A stretch of 64,000 nucleotides of DNA from TPA_inf: Saccharomyces (Eukaryota), in NCBI GenBank assembly GCA_000146045.2, contig BK006935.2, positions 64,001-128,000 of the forward strand. The letters run 5' to 3'. Shown piece by piece: positions 31,630-44,876 of the stretch. Both the position numbers and the translations under genes were made by a program. Each line of letters starts with the position of its first letter. Positions within the stretch are counted from its first letter, which is position 1. The notes under the pieces were generated by a model. It saw nothing but the letters and a program-made list of their open reading frames with translations, did no database searches and was not told the DNA's origin.

Positions 31630-34600
31630 TCATATATCAAATGAAATATCATCTCTCGAAGAACTGAATCTATTTGAATTTTGATTACCATCAGCAAATG
31701 GATTTTCAATGAACGGTTCTGCACTTTCAAAGTCGTTACTTCCCAGTCCATTATTGTCATTAAAGGGGTTCGCCGAAGCATCTTGTAATTCACCGTACTT
31801 ACCTCTCTTTTGAGTAGTATCATACATTCTGACAATTTTTTCTTGCCCACCCTCTTCAGCCTGTGAAAAGGCAAATCCTCTTTGTTTTTTCATTCTTTGC
31901 ACTTGCCTCACCTTCCTGATGGCATTTTGAAATTGCTGAACGTGCGGCCTAGAGTCGCTGATATTGTATTTCTGCATTTCTTGAATAACATGATACGTTT
32001 CTGGTTCATACATTCTTTTATAGTACTTCCATAGAAAATCTCTTACCAGTGCAAAAATTGGTAAAACGATCAAAGTTAACCAAAATACACCGGATCCATA
32101 CGTGTGTTTAACCACACCATAATACTCTCTTGAGATGTTAGCATGAGGAAATATAGAAGCATAAATTGGGAAGAATATTAACCAAAATAAGAGGGAACCA
32201 GGAATGGCAATTAAGGTGAATTTCGTCCATTGATTAGTTACCAAAGCAGCCTTTCCCAAAACAATAATGACACTTGTAGTGTAGACAGTTACACCCCAAG
32301 ACCAATGATCAGCTAGTTCGCCGTGCATATTTAAGGCAAACCCATATCTGTAAATCAATATGGTGCCAATAAATACTATTGCAGAATGGAAAAAGCCATT
32401 AATAATCCATCCCCAGAAGATGTAAACAGAGAAAAATTGACCCTTCTGTCCTAATTTGTACAATTGTGGGTACCGCTCAAGTAATCTACTACTAACAAAT
32501 TGATCAAATACACCAATGACAAAAGGGGGCCAAACAGTGAAGAATAAGTTGTAGAAACTCATTGTCCATGATTCCATAATGGATTGACCTGAAAAGGCAT
32601 TGGCAAAAACGTACCAAAACTGCGTCATGTATAATGCTGTATTCTTGTAAAAAGAGTACAAAATTGCGACAGAAATTCTTTGATAAGACCAGGAGCCATG
32701 GACAAGTAATAGTTTTTTTAAAAATTTAAATTGGCCAACAGCTATATCAGCTGAACGAGCCGCTTGCATACCTTCCATACCACTAATACCGACACCAACA
32801 TGAGCTGCCTGTATCATACTAACATCGTTGGCACCATCGCCAATGGCTAGCAGTAGTGAAGACGACTTTCTTTTTACCATTTTAACAACCAAGGCTTTCT
32901 GTAGTGGAGATACACGGCAACATATAACCGCTTTACAAAGCTTCGCCACAGTTAGCAAATAATCTTCTAATTCTGGTTCCAAGGCAAAGCCTAATGACTT
33001 CCCATCAATGACGAGCGCTAAGGTATTCATATCATGTGTTGACAATTGATGCTCGTTTAGAGCGTTAATCTTCTCTAACAAATTTCTCTCAGTATCATCT
33101 CTGGTTTCCTCGTTGATGATCAACAAATTCATGTCTTCACTCAATAAACGGCAACTCATACCAATGTTAATAGCAGTTTCCTGTCTGTCACCAGTTAAAA
33201 CCCAAATTTTAATACCCGCTTCTTGTAATGTGTGGATAGTTTCTGGAACACCGTCCTGTAACTTATCTTCAATAGCAGTTGCACCAATTAATATTAGATT
33301 TTTCTCGATTAGATTTGCGGCTTCGTCTAGCTTCTCGGCTCTGTTATCTAATGTTGTGGCAGCCTCATTATAAATGCTATTCCATTCTTCATATTCTCCT
33401 TCAGAGATATCTCTCATCGCCAAACACAACGTCCGCAAACCCTCAGATGCATAATCTTCTAAATGTCTCATTGTAGCTTCTACATATTGATTAGCTTCAT
33501 CATCCAATCTTTCCAGAATGACAGTATCAGCACCTTTACAGAATAACTTTATCGAACCATCCGGAAATCTAAATATAGCGCTCATTCTCTTCCTGGTGGA
33601 ATTAAATTCACAAATGTTAAGTAGTTGATACTCTTTTTCCTCGCCAGTTTCCTCCAATAAAACAGTTACAGAGTTTGGTTTACGGATGATAAACTTATAC
33701 CCTAAATCTGCACCACCTTGAACGAGGGCACCTTCATCTGGAGAGGCTGCTTGATATTTAATAGATCCATCGCTTTGAAATTCTGGAATGACAGTATGAC
33801 AGGTAGCCAGTAATGTTAAGAAGTCATTGATAATAGGTGAATCCTCATCAGAGGGATCATTTAACTTTTTCTTCAAATCGTCAAATTTTCTATAACCAAC
33901 TTCAATCCCATCTTCAACAGTGGCCGTTTTATCTTCAGGTATTTTATCAATATAGCAATGGCCTGCAATAGAGCAGGATTTAAATTCCATAATATTTCTT
34001 GTTAAAGTTCCTGTCTTGTCACTGAATATATATTCTATTTGACCAAGTTCTTCAACCAAAGAGGATGTACGAACCACAGTTGGGGTATCAGTTTTTTCGT
34101 AGTACAAATCTAGATCTGAACCTATCATAAAAGCCTGATAATATTTGATTAATTCAACGGTGACAAATAGAGAAATAGGAACTAGATTCGAAAATAGAAT
34201 CCAAAATGTTAAAAAGTCTTTGAAGAATAAGCCAGCCTTGTTGGTACCCTCCAGGTAAAGGTACGATAAATGTTTGGCATCTGCAGTAGACATAATAACA
34301 TTACCAATTGAAGAAATTAAAATTAGCACGATTAAAACTGTGAACAATGCAATAATCTGTCTGTTGATAATTTTCTCAACCGCGGTTCTTTTAATTGGGG
34401 TTGCAGTAGCATTACGCAATAACTTAGTTTCATGACCAGTGAAGATAACTAAACCAAATATCCATGCAGTATTTCTTAAAGTTGCACCTCTTAAAATCAT
34501 TTGGTCAGGAGATAACGGTATTTGACGATCATTTAAAGTCATTGTACCTTCATAAGTATACAAGCTAGAGTTCGGCTGTTCGGAAACAACTTTTCCGTTC

Positions 34601-35697
34601 ATGTTCTTCAAAGTTTTAACGTCTATAAATTTGGCAGTTTCTACTCTCGACTGTTTGATTTTCAAATTTGTTTCACCATCCAAGTTGGCAGTTTCAATGT
34701 AGCAAAGACCCTCCGGTTCCGAAGATGACAAAATTATGGTATCAGCAGGAATAGGTTCCTCTGATTTTACTCTAATTATGTCACCTACACGAATATCAAT
34801 CCATCGTTTCTCAACAAAGTCATCATGTGCTTCTGAAAATATTTCTGCTGTCGAATTATTTAATTCTTTATCAGAATTAGCTCTCTTGATATCTTCGATA
34901 CATTCCTTCATGGCAGAAACAATCAAAACCACTAATAAAGTACCAATTGTGGTGTATCTATTAGTTGGCGAGACGTGAGGCACCTGTTGAATGGCAGATG
35001 TACATAAAAAAAACAGATTAGCGTATTTGGAAAATTCTTGGAACAAAAATTTAGGCAGAAAGGTCGCAAAATTATACTTGGTGGTAGATATATGGTTGTC
35101 ACTATAACCGAAGGAGGAATTAGCGAGAGAATCGTTGATGTGGATGACTCTTGGTTCACCATTGCCCTCTGCGTCGCCAACGTTCTTTCTTAAAATGTAC
35201 CGGTTGAAAAGAATTTTAATGTTGAACTTATTCCTCGAGTCTAGATAATTATCGTCTAATTCGTTATTAGTCACCGCATTGTAATGATTCATTTCGAAAC
35301 TTTCGGGCCCTTTCTTCCGTTTGAACGTAAAGGCATTTTTGAGACCATTACCAAACCTAGCAAATAAACCGGGAGGCTTGACTGCTCGTAGGGATTGTGG
35401 TTGATATGCATCTGAGTCGAATCTATTGGCATTCCAAGACGTTTGGTCGTCATGGTTATTGCTCATAAATAGATTTTCATGGACATCATTTTCAATGTTA
35501 TCATCATCAGCGTCTAAGTCGATAGTCTCTTCGGGAAGTACATGACTTGGTGGTATATAATTCGCGTTCGCATGTGAGTTGGTGACCTTTGAACGGGATC
35601 CAGAATGAGAAGTCGTGTCGTCTAAGAAGTCAATATCGAAAAGCGTGTCGTCCTCCCCAGGTTTCCTCTTTGGGGGGGTTTCTCTGTCGTCATTCAT
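31630..35697 (-). CDS. DRS2: P4-type ATPase phospholipid flippase Drs2, 1355 aa
   Basis: ORF track 1355 aa. P-type ATPase phosphorylation motif DKTGTLT and the GDGANDV hinge motif. About 10 TM segments. Confidence 0.97.
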   Translation of the reverse strand: MNDDRETPPKRKPGEDDTLFDIDFLDDTTSHSGSRSKVTNSHANANYIPPSHVLPEETIDLDADDDNIENDVHENLFMSNNHDDQTSWNANRFDSDAYQPQSLRAVKPPGLFARFGNGLKNAFTFKRKKGPESFEMNHYNAVTNNELDDNYLDSRNKFNIKILFNRYILRKNVGDAEGNGEPRVIHINDSLANSSFGYSDNHISTTKYNFATFLPKFLFQEFSKYANLFFLCTSAIQQVPHVSPTNRYTTIGTLLVVLIVSAMKECIEDIKRANSDKELNNSTAEIFSEAHDDFVEKRWIDIRVGDIIRVKSEEPIPADTIILSSSEPEGLCYIETANLDGETNLKIKQSRVETAKFIDVKTLKNMNGKVVSEQPNSSLYTYEGTMTLNDRQIPLSPDQMILRGATLRNTAWIFGLVIFTGHETKLLRNATATPIKRTAVEKIINRQIIALFTVLIVLILISSIGNVIMSTADAKHLSYLYLEGTNKAGLFFKDFLTFWILFSNLVPISLFVTVELIKYYQAFMIGSDLDLYYEKTDTPTVVRTSSLVEELGQIEYIFSDKTGTLTRNIMEFKSCSIAGHCYIDKIPEDKTATVEDGIEVGYRKFDDLKKKLNDPSDEDSPIINDFLTLLATCHTVIPEFQSDGSIKYQAASPDEGALVQGGADLGYKFIIRKPNSVTVLLEETGEEKEYQLLNICEFNSTRKRMSAIFRFPDGSIKLFCKGADTVILERLDDEANQYVEATMRHLEDYASEGLRTLCLAMRDISEGEYEEWNSIYNEAATTLDNRAEKLDEAANLIEKNLILIGATAIEDKLQDGVPETIHTLQEAGIKIWVLTGDRQETAINIGMSCRLLSEDMNLLIINEETRDDTERNLLEKINALNEHQLSTHDMNTLALVIDGKSLGFALEPELEDYLLTVAKLCKAVICCRVSPLQKALVVKMVKRKSSSLLLAIGDGANDVSMIQAAHVGVGISGMEGMQAARSADIAVGQFKFLKKLLLVHGSWSYQRISVAILYSFYKNTALYMTQFWYVFANAFSGQSIMESWTMSFYNLFFTVWPPFVIGVFDQFVSSRLLERYPQLYKLGQKGQFFSVYIFWGWIINGFFHSAIVFIGTILIYRYGFALNMHGELADHWSWGVTVYTTSVIIVLGKAALVTNQWTKFTLIAIPGSLLFWLIFFPIYASIFPHANISREYYGVVKHTYGSGVFWLTLIVLPIFALVRDFLWKYYKRMYEPETYHVIQEMQKYNISDSRPHVQQFQNAIRKVRQVQRMKKQRGFAFSQAEEGGQEKIVRMYDTTQKRGKYGELQDASANPFNDNNGLGSNDFESAEPFIENPFADGNQNSNRFSSSRDDISFDI

Positions 35698-35940
35698 GGT
35701 AAAATCAGGGAATGAAAGAACCTACCAGTAAATTATTGCTTGGCGCTAACCTCTATTTGGCGTTACTGGCTTCTTGTTGCACTATTCCCCTTAGAATTGC
35801 CAACAATTGTTGATTATATGTTTCTTCAACTTAGTGGCATTAAACAGATTTGGGTTTTCTGGCAAAAAAAGCCAATCACGTGATCAGGAAGATTTCAGTG
35901 ATTTACGCTTCAAATAACCTTTACCTCAATAATCCCGTAA

Positions 35941-35968
35941 TAGTAAGCTTCTAATAGTAAGCTTCTAA
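35941..35968 (+). repeat. Perfect 14-bp tandem duplication (tagtaagcttctaa x2) about 250 bp upstream of DRS2
   Basis: Seen directly. Each copy carries an AAGCTT palindrome. Confidence 0.9.
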
Positions 35969-36224
35969 TTTGCAATGTTATTAGCCCAACAGCTACTAAA
36001 GGTATTATTTTTTTTTTTTTTGATAAGAAATTTAAGTGTTACAGAATGGGCCATCTTACAAAAATAATAGTCTTTATGTATTTTTATATATGTAAAAGAA
36101 TTGAAATATTTTATAACTGGTTGTTATTATGGTACAGTGCGCTGCCCAATCCACGTGGAAAAATCCTGTTCATTCAATAATAGAAACTGAAATCATGTAA
36201 TGTTGCGTAGTATAGTGCGTGAGC

Positions 36225-37172
<948 letters not shown>

Positions 37173-37281
37173 TTATGTACTGAAGAGAACACTGTCAAAA
37201 GAAAGAACTAAGCAATGCAATATCTGCCTCTATACCAATCACTTTTTCATTTTTTTTCAAAAGCTCATCGGAAAATTTTTC

Positions 37282-37305
37282 AAAAAAAAAAAAAAAAAAA
37301 AAAAA
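37282..37305 (+). repeat. poly(dA) A24 in the MAK16 promoter / LTE1 3' region. An A13 tract and a 15-bp imperfect tandem repeat lie at 37474-37503.
   Basis: Direct count. Confidence 0.9.
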
Positions 37306-37564
37306 GGTTTATTACCCTACTGCATTTTGATAATCTGAACATAATGAGCTAATGAAAGCAATTCTCATTTAAAAACAAGTATTCTCTCTTATTGAAGTAT
37401 GCATTATCTATCATTATAAATTCTTTTATTCTGTTCGAGTCCATGTTTTTAAAAAAAAAAAAACATGTATGTATGCTCCATCTATATATGCTCCATCTGT
37501 ATATTTTATATGCAAAGTTTTTTACAAGAGGAATTTGGGAACTGGAGGAAAGTGGCACAATACC

Positions 37565-40500
37565 TCATGTGGATAGTTCATTAATCTCTTCTTGTGTTAA
37601 TGTGCTAATATAAACACACTTACTCAGCAATTCGTGGTTAACTTTGAAAGTGTAAAACTTGGACCATTGAACCCTTTGAATGAAATTCTTGACTATTTGA
37701 ACGTTCGTATCGAATTTATTGTAATTCACTACTTTATCTTCTAAGATCCAGTCTTTCTTCTCTGCGTTTGCTGATAGGTCCGAAAGATATACGACGATGA
37801 AAGGGACGCAACCCACCAGTGGATTCACAGAGTTAAGTAGATTTCTTATTGTAGAATAATTCCTGTCTAGCGAGGGAATCTTCTTTAGCTCTTCCCAAGT
37901 CAGTAAGTCGCCTGGTTCAATCAGACGCCATGCATCAGTGAATTTTTGAACAACTGAAGAACTTAAGGCTAGAATGATTTCCATCAATGTGTTAAAGTTC
38001 TGAAATGTCCTGCAGTGGTCTGCAACGTGTATAAACCTTTGAATGACATTTCTTTTCATTTTGCTGCTCTTGGTAAGAAGTATTTCTGATATAATCCAAT
38101 CCACAGTTAAGTTAAATCTGGATATAGCTAAATCAATGCCAGATAAGGTCTCGTTCCTTACTAGTAGTTGCAACCAACTTATAACTTGTGGGCCTTCATG
38201 CTTCATCTTTAAATCTAATAAATCTTTCCAGTCTATTTCTCCTAAAATTTCCTTCTCTATCAAGGTCATTTGTTGCGCTACAGACAGGGAATCGTACATT
38301 AGTATAAATGGAACGTGACTTTCATTATTAGAAATCATTAATCTCGAATCGTGAATCCTGTATTGACCGATTAATTCCTGGATTTGCGCCGCTTGCACAG
38401 CAACATCAACATTAGCTGACACGTCTATTTTTTCAGGAGAGGAGGAAGTAAAGCCTTCCTTCTCGGATTGATCTGGAGTAAAGGGGATATTCATTATAGT
38501 TTGTCTCCTTCTTTCTATTAATAACGATTTTCTTTTTTCTGCGGGGCTATTTTGGAATGACGGCAAGTTGTTAAGGTTTAGCATTTCCACTTCATCTGCT
38601 AACTTGCTCGTTTTAATTCCAATAGCGTCACTACTCTTGGTGTTCTCTGGTTTTTCGGGAATTTTCTCGTATGTACCTTCCAGTTTCATTAATGCCACGG
38701 TTATTGGATCGTCATTAATTGAATCATCGAGCATATTAGCAATTTCATTTAAATTTTTCTTATTCAAGGAGCCTGTAAAAGCCGACTCAGAGTTTGCTCT
38801 CCGTGTGTTCCGGGCACTAGATGTGTCATTAATGTCGATATCGTCCATTGTCAATACACTTCCTGATATGTTACTATTAGTTTCACTCTCGTTCTTCAGA
38901 AATTTACTTTTCAGCTCTTCAACGTTTTTCATTGGAGAAGCAACGTCAATGCTACCGTCATCTGGTGAAAAAAAATACTTGTTGTTTTTCGCATGGGTAC
39001 TTGGACTTTCTAGGTCATTATTGGAATCGCTTAAATCAATTGTTTTTAACTCATGCAATGAAGAAGTATTTGAGATTATATCTTGATTACCCCTTTGATA
39101 TTCTTCTCTCAAATTTATTATCCTTTGGTGTGGCACTGGTAAATCTCTGGACGTTTCGAAAGTTTCAACTGTGCTACCAGTGGTAATCGAATTCAAATCA
39201 CTTACAACAGATTCTATTGTGGGTGCTATGGATAATCTGATTCTATTGGTTTCACTCACGCTGGTCCCGTTGGGAAATTCTCTCTGTGGATTTTGAGTTT
39301 GTTTTAGAGGACTATTCTGAGCAGATTCAAAAAGCTTGCTCGTTGAGATACTGATAACGGTGGACGATGTATCAGAGTACAACGCGCTTTTTTTATTATA
39401 TTCCAGGTTGAGAGGTTCTATTTCACTTATTTCCTCTATAACTGAGTTTGACTTGTTTTGCTCAGGATCTACTATGGATAACTCTTTGGTTGGTGTTATG
39501 GCAATGCTTTGAACTCTTGAAATGCTGATCCTTCCACTAGCCGGTCTTACAACTGCTTGTTTGATCTTGTGATTGCAAGATGAATGTTTTTTTCTTGTAG
39601 TTATATCATAATTATTGGCTTCTGATGATGCATCGAGTGAGTTGTCCAGCTTTTTTGTGCTCTCATATTCTGATTCCTGATTTTCTTTGTTATCATAATT
39701 CTTTTCAAGGCCATCTATAGTACTCTTTTTCTCATCTAAAGACTTGGTATCTTCAAATGTAAACTCTCTTAGATTTAAAAATCCAGTTTTTGTTTTTAGA
39801 GTTGGACTATCTGTATTATTCACGATGTTTCTGACTTTTCTTGACTTTTTCGTTACAGTATCTCTGGGTGGAGAGCTGGATGACAACTCGGAATCGTATG
39901 AGTATGTTATTGATTCTGTGTCTTCCCTACTATCGTTTAAGGGAGACGATTCTTTAAGATCAGGTAGAACATTTTTCAGAGGCGAAGAAGTCATGCTTTT
40001 TTGGGATTGGGAATGATTTTTCCTCCTTGGTGTCATATTTGTAATCGCTTCTGAGTTGGTTTTATCAGTTTCATGGAATAACAATCTTTGAGGTCCATTC
40101 TCGTCTGTACGTGAAGAACTATTATCTTTATCAAAGAGCCTCATACTTTCTGCTGAGTAGCTACCGTGCATTTTATTGTAATATGCTGTCGTGAGACTTT
40201 TTACTTTCCTTCGTTGCAGTGCATCATACGAGGGTGATGGCTGCATATTCGATTCATTGTTCTGCAGTTGCTTGTTTAAAGTATTAGTTAAAGAGATGAC
40301 TGACTGAGCAATTGAACTTACGGTTTGATACAGATCCAAATTGTCCATAGCGCTAAAATTATCATTACTCGGTTTAAAGCTATTTTGTTGTAAAATCTTT
40401 ATATCATGTATGTGTTCCCGACGTTCACAATCAACATTAACTGTAGGACCTCGGTTGTTATTCGAATGTGTTTGAACTTTTTCTATCAGCTGGTTTTGTA

Positions 40501-41872
40501 AATGCAGTAGGGACTCCACTTCATCTATGGTTCTTGCACTTAGGATGTCAAATTTAGAAGAATCAGAGTTAAGAAACTCTTCCTCTTCTTCCTTGGAAGA
40601 TTTTCTATTGAGAGATGATATTGATACAACGTATTTGACAAACGCATCCATTTCAGGTTTCTGGTTTGCTGGTTTAATAGCACTCATAAATTTTTTATCA
40701 TTACTGCTATCATGGCGATTATGGTTTTTCATCCACTTAGCTAAAAGACCAATAGCGCTGCGATGTAACACAGACATTGAAGATGTATTAGATCTACTAT
40801 TACTGTTGCTATTGTTATCTAGAGATGATGTCGTCGATGTACCTTGAAGCGTTCCGCTTTGTTCATTTAAATCTTCAGGAATATATAAGGAATTCAGAAT
40901 AAATTCAACTTTTTTAGCCGGTGTTGGAGGCATTATTTTATCGACTGCATATGATGACGGGTAGTCTACGCCTTTCATTAGTGTGGATACTAGAGTGACT
41001 TTTGACAAGTGGCTGATCTTTTGTTTACTATCTGACATGTCCTCGCTTTCATTATCAACTGAAGGTTCTTTCGCTATTCGGTGCTTCGAGTAAACATTTG
41101 ATGTATTATCGGGAAATAAAAGCATAGAAGGGCTTCTCTGGTTTTTGGAAGAATTTGAAGACTGTAGCTTCTCCGGCAGTCTAAATACATCAGAAGTTTT
41201 ATATAATGATAAAACGCTTTGGTTACGAAAATCAGGACTGGCAAAACTTTGCCTGGCGTAAATGCTCAGTCGGCTTCCTCTTTTGTGTAGGCTTTCTAGT
41301 TGCGTGAAATCCTTTAACGAATAATGCAGCCATGCATCAAAGTCTAATTTATCAGGTTCATTTAGTTCAATATTCTCCCAAACCAACTTAGAACAATGCA
41401 CCCAGTTTTTTTTCAGATTGATTATACAGCTGGAAATTATTTTTGGGTACTGTTCAATGTGTTTGTCGTTTAGAAACTCGATCAACCGAAGTCTTAATGT
41501 TATGTTCGGTAAAAAATCTTGCACAAAATAATTCAGTATGGAATGCCTCAACAACACAAACGTCCTCACGAGGGCAACTTCACCAATTCGCCTTCTCTTA
41601 GCTTTTGCAGCATTTGTTGTGATCTCCCTAATACACCATCGAAATCTATAGATGAGTAAGTCGTGTAAGTCTTGAGGCGTTATAAAATTCCTATAAATAA
41701 GGAAAAAATCTGCAGATGCGTTGTAGTCTACACCTTCCAAAGGGGAAGAAAGGTGTACAATTAACGCGGGCAGGTCTGCACTATTCACTGGTTTGGATAC
41801 ACAATCGCTTTCATAGCTAATAACATTTGAGGATGGAGTCGGGTAGTAATCTTTCTGGCTAAATATTTCCAT
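37565..41872 (-). CDS. LTE1: Lte1, mitotic-exit regulator with N- and C-terminal Cdc25-like RasGEF regions, 1435 aa
   Basis: ORF track 1435 aa. Size and position match YAL024C. The C-terminus has RasGEF-type sequence. Confidence 0.93.
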   Translation of the reverse strand: MEIFSQKDYYPTPSSNVISYESDCVSKPVNSADLPALIVHLSSPLEGVDYNASADFFLIYRNFITPQDLHDLLIYRFRWCIREITTNAAKAKRRRIGEVALVRTFVLLRHSILNYFVQDFLPNITLRLRLIEFLNDKHIEQYPKIISSCIINLKKNWVHCSKLVWENIELNEPDKLDFDAWLHYSLKDFTQLESLHKRGSRLSIYARQSFASPDFRNQSVLSLYKTSDVFRLPEKLQSSNSSKNQRSPSMLLFPDNTSNVYSKHRIAKEPSVDNESEDMSDSKQKISHLSKVTLVSTLMKGVDYPSSYAVDKIMPPTPAKKVEFILNSLYIPEDLNEQSGTLQGTSTTSSLDNNSNSNSRSNTSSMSVLHRSAIGLLAKWMKNHNRHDSSNDKKFMSAIKPANQKPEMDAFVKYVVSISSLNRKSSKEEEEEFLNSDSSKFDILSARTIDEVESLLHLQNQLIEKVQTHSNNNRGPTVNVDCERREHIHDIKILQQNSFKPSNDNFSAMDNLDLYQTVSSIAQSVISLTNTLNKQLQNNESNMQPSPSYDALQRRKVKSLTTAYYNKMHGSYSAESMRLFDKDNSSSRTDENGPQRLLFHETDKTNSEAITNMTPRRKNHSQSQKSMTSSPLKNVLPDLKESSPLNDSREDTESITYSYDSELSSSSPPRDTVTKKSRKVRNIVNNTDSPTLKTKTGFLNLREFTFEDTKSLDEKKSTIDGLEKNYDNKENQESEYESTKKLDNSLDASSEANNYDITTRKKHSSCNHKIKQAVVRPASGRISISRVQSIAITPTKELSIVDPEQNKSNSVIEEISEIEPLNLEYNKKSALYSDTSSTVISISTSKLFESAQNSPLKQTQNPQREFPNGTSVSETNRIRLSIAPTIESVVSDLNSITTGSTVETFETSRDLPVPHQRIINLREEYQRGNQDIISNTSSLHELKTIDLSDSNNDLESPSTHAKNNKYFFSPDDGSIDVASPMKNVEELKSKFLKNESETNSNISGSVLTMDDIDINDTSSARNTRRANSESAFTGSLNKKNLNEIANMLDDSINDDPITVALMKLEGTYEKIPEKPENTKSSDAIGIKTSKLADEVEMLNLNNLPSFQNSPAEKRKSLLIERRRQTIMNIPFTPDQSEKEGFTSSSPEKIDVSANVDVAVQAAQIQELIGQYRIHDSRLMISNNESHVPFILMYDSLSVAQQMTLIEKEILGEIDWKDLLDLKMKHEGPQVISWLQLLVRNETLSGIDLAISRFNLTVDWIISEILLTKSSKMKRNVIQRFIHVADHCRTFQNFNTLMEIILALSSSVVQKFTDAWRLIEPGDLLTWEELKKIPSLDRNYSTIRNLLNSVNPLVGCVPFIVVYLSDLSANAEKKDWILEDKVVNYNKFDTNVQIVKNFIQRVQWSKFYTFKVNHELLSKCVYISTLTQEEINELST

Positions 41873-42271
41873 GGTTCAGGGTAGCGAATCTTTGAATGGC
41901 TAGAGGCTATGTAAAGCAAACAAAAAGGTTCGCGTAAATCAACGAGCGAATAACACGAGTACGGTTGGGGTGGGCTAAAGGGTTCAAGAAATTATCAGTT
42001 TCTGTTTACAGTTTTTTTTTCATTGTTGATAAAAAGATCAAGAATTTCATTATTCGCGAAAATCAAAATGCAGAAAGGAAAAAATAGAAGGGTAATAAAA
42101 CAGCATCGGATCGCAAAGATGAGTAAGGAGAACAGCCTGGTTAACAATTAAAGAGTGTTTATCGAAATTCATTATATAGTGGTTTATATAGACCACTTCT
42201 TCTGCTGGTTGATATAGAAATTTTATTTAATTCTTGTTTTTTACTTATGTACTTACTACGATGATCTTAAT

Positions 42272-44551
42272 TCATGCTTCTTGCTTGTCGGCAATGTCCC
42301 AAGTGGAAAACCAGTTTAAGTAGCGGAAGTTACTACTTGGTCCCTCCATACCAAATGATATTGGGGAGAAGTACCAGAAGCAACCAATTACAAGTGCCAT
42401 GAATCCGGCGTATAGGACGAACCGCATGATACGGCCGCACTTAGATCTGGACCATTTTTGCAAACCGGCGTCGAAACAGTACGCCAAAATGATCAGTGCA
42501 AAATACAAGGCAGGCAAGTAATGATGAACGTAGGTGACTCTAGACATGATAACGAATGGCATGTAGTGTAGGCCCCAAGCTAGTAGTGGGTAGAACCCGC
42601 CCATTAAGAAAACGTTCCAGTTAGATGGATTTCTTAGGTCCACATATTGTCTTTGCCATCTGATCAGTAAGATAACGACCGTGGCCATGAATGCGAGGAC
42701 GGCAACACTAGAAGCCCACGTGGAAGCTGGGGTACCCAATAGGAAGTATTTTGGATTATCATCACCCCAGCCACATAGTCTCAAACCCACATTCAAAGTT
42801 GGCCATTGCCATGCTGAGGAAGCTAAGTAATCAAATTTGTCTGGATCTGGCACCAAAGCGTTATTAGTGGCCATCATGGCTAGATTTAAATGAATGAAGT
42901 CTTTTAAGAAGTTGGTCTTTGGGTATTGAAAATCTTCGGGTCTTGGTGGCAACCTTTCATTTTCGTGGGTCTCGATGTTCCACCAGGTCCTCTTGTCCCT
43001 CTTGAATGGGTTTTTCATGCAGACAACCTCTTGTTGTCTGAAACCCCATTCGGGCAAACTGTTACCGGTTTGAGCCAAGTAACAGCCCATCTCCAAGTTC
43101 TTGATACGGAAAGAGGTGGTCAATGTGTGCAACTTCTCAGGGTCTTCATCTCCTCTTTGGTCCATGATCTCAATAACCCAATTGTCTTTGTTGTCACCAA
43201 CAACATTGTCACCGTAACCAGAAACCTCCCATTGTGTCTTTGACACTGGTGCAGCAACTGGGTGGGTGTGCAAGTTTCTGCCCGTGCTTTTGTGTACCAA
43301 TCTATAGGAGGTACCTGGCTTCAAATACTCGATGTCAGTTTCGTTTTCTGACCATGATGGTAAGCCTCTTTCTCTGTTGAAAAACCATTCGTTGTTAGCA
43401 TCTTTGTAACCATAACAGGTTACTTGTTGTTGGTTGGACCCATCTGGATAAGTTTGTATATGTGAGTGCAATAGAGATCCTCCAAGAGCTTGGTTTTTGA
43501 TGGAAACAACGGAGGAACCTAGAGCAATGTCACGGGGGCCTTGTCCGACGTCAGAACCCACTAATCTTGCTTGGAAAAGAGATGGCATGTTAGCATCACC
43601 TGTACCAGAATGCGATAATAGGTCAAAATGTATTTTGAAGCACAATAGGAAAATGCAGAAGGGGACGATAATAAGACCAAATATTCTTGCCAACCAGTGG
43701 TTAATATAGGTTTTCCATGACATGGATTTATCTGCCAAAAAGGTCCATAAGTCAATCACAGTATAGATACCGACCATAGTGATGATAAATAGACCCACCA
43801 TTTTGACGGAAATAGTGCAACCCAAAGAAATACCAGTGATCAACAGCCATTTCCACCACTTTCTAGAGAACGGCTTGGACCTCTGGTTGTGGAACATAAC
43901 AAAACTAAAGAACGATGCGACAGTGAAGAAAAGTAGCATGGAGTCCAAAAGAATGAACCTGCCCAAAGTACTATACGAGTTTTCAAACAAAACCAACACG
44001 GTCATCAGCCAAACTGTTGGTAAAGAAAATCCAATAGCTTTGGCAGTGAAGTAGGCCAATGGCACACAGAGCGCGGAAAATGACGCGTTGAACAGTCTCA
44101 TTTTAACATAATCCAAATAGTCTGGGTAAATTTCCCCAGAAGGGAAGTCCCAAGAACCGTTGTAGCCTGCCAAATAACCAGACAACCCGACCAGCATTTT
44201 TCCTAGGGGAGGATGGACATCGTGGTAAAATTCGTGTCTCAAGTAATAAGAACCAAATTTACCAAAGTGCGCCTCATCCCAAACAACATGGTTGTTGATG
44301 CCGATTTTGTACATCCTGGTAAACAACGCCAATGCAGTAAAGATCACCGGCATTACAACGGATTCCAGGCGTAACAGTGAGCTTTGTGCAGCGGGCTTTT
44401 CCTTCGAGAAATCTTCCGCGTCTCTCTCATCAGCGCTCGAAAGTTCCTCACTGACGCTGATGGAAGACGATTCTCTTTGTCTCAGTGTATTCTCTTGCTT
44501 AATGTGGGCGGCATTGTTTTTGCTGTACCCGGTAGACGAAGACGAGGACAT
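42272..44551 (-). CDS. PMT2: Protein O-mannosyltransferase Pmt2, 759 aa
   Basis: ORF track 795 aa is extended upstream. The known protein begins [16 protein letters not shown] (Met 37 of the track ORF). PMT family TM helices and MIR-type region. Confidence 0.93.
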
Positions 44552-44876
44552 GATTGCTGGACCACGGTTCGAAACAGAATGACAGTAGCGATGTGGACTA
44601 AGCCGGTTCTCCTTGGTAATGTTGTTAGTCTCGAGAAATGACCTTTTTTTTACCCTCAAAAAGAATGCAACACTATTAATAAACAGTACACGAAACGGAT
44701 CTTTCCGTAAGTTCTTTCGTTCTTTTTTTTCGTATTCTTTTCTTATGTTTTTTTTTTTCAGGGCGACGTGTCCAATAATATGTATGTTTGTCGCTATGTA
44801 CGAGATATTATTGCTAAGTGACAGTAAATCGTATCACGACTGTAAATGATGGCGTTTCGGTATGTACAGTATCTAT

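Noticed and set aside
31386-31874. 162-aa minus-strand ORF spanning the SAW1 3' end and DRS2 3' end
   Set aside because: It overlaps two verified genes. The sequence is hydrophobic and low in complexity. Dubious.
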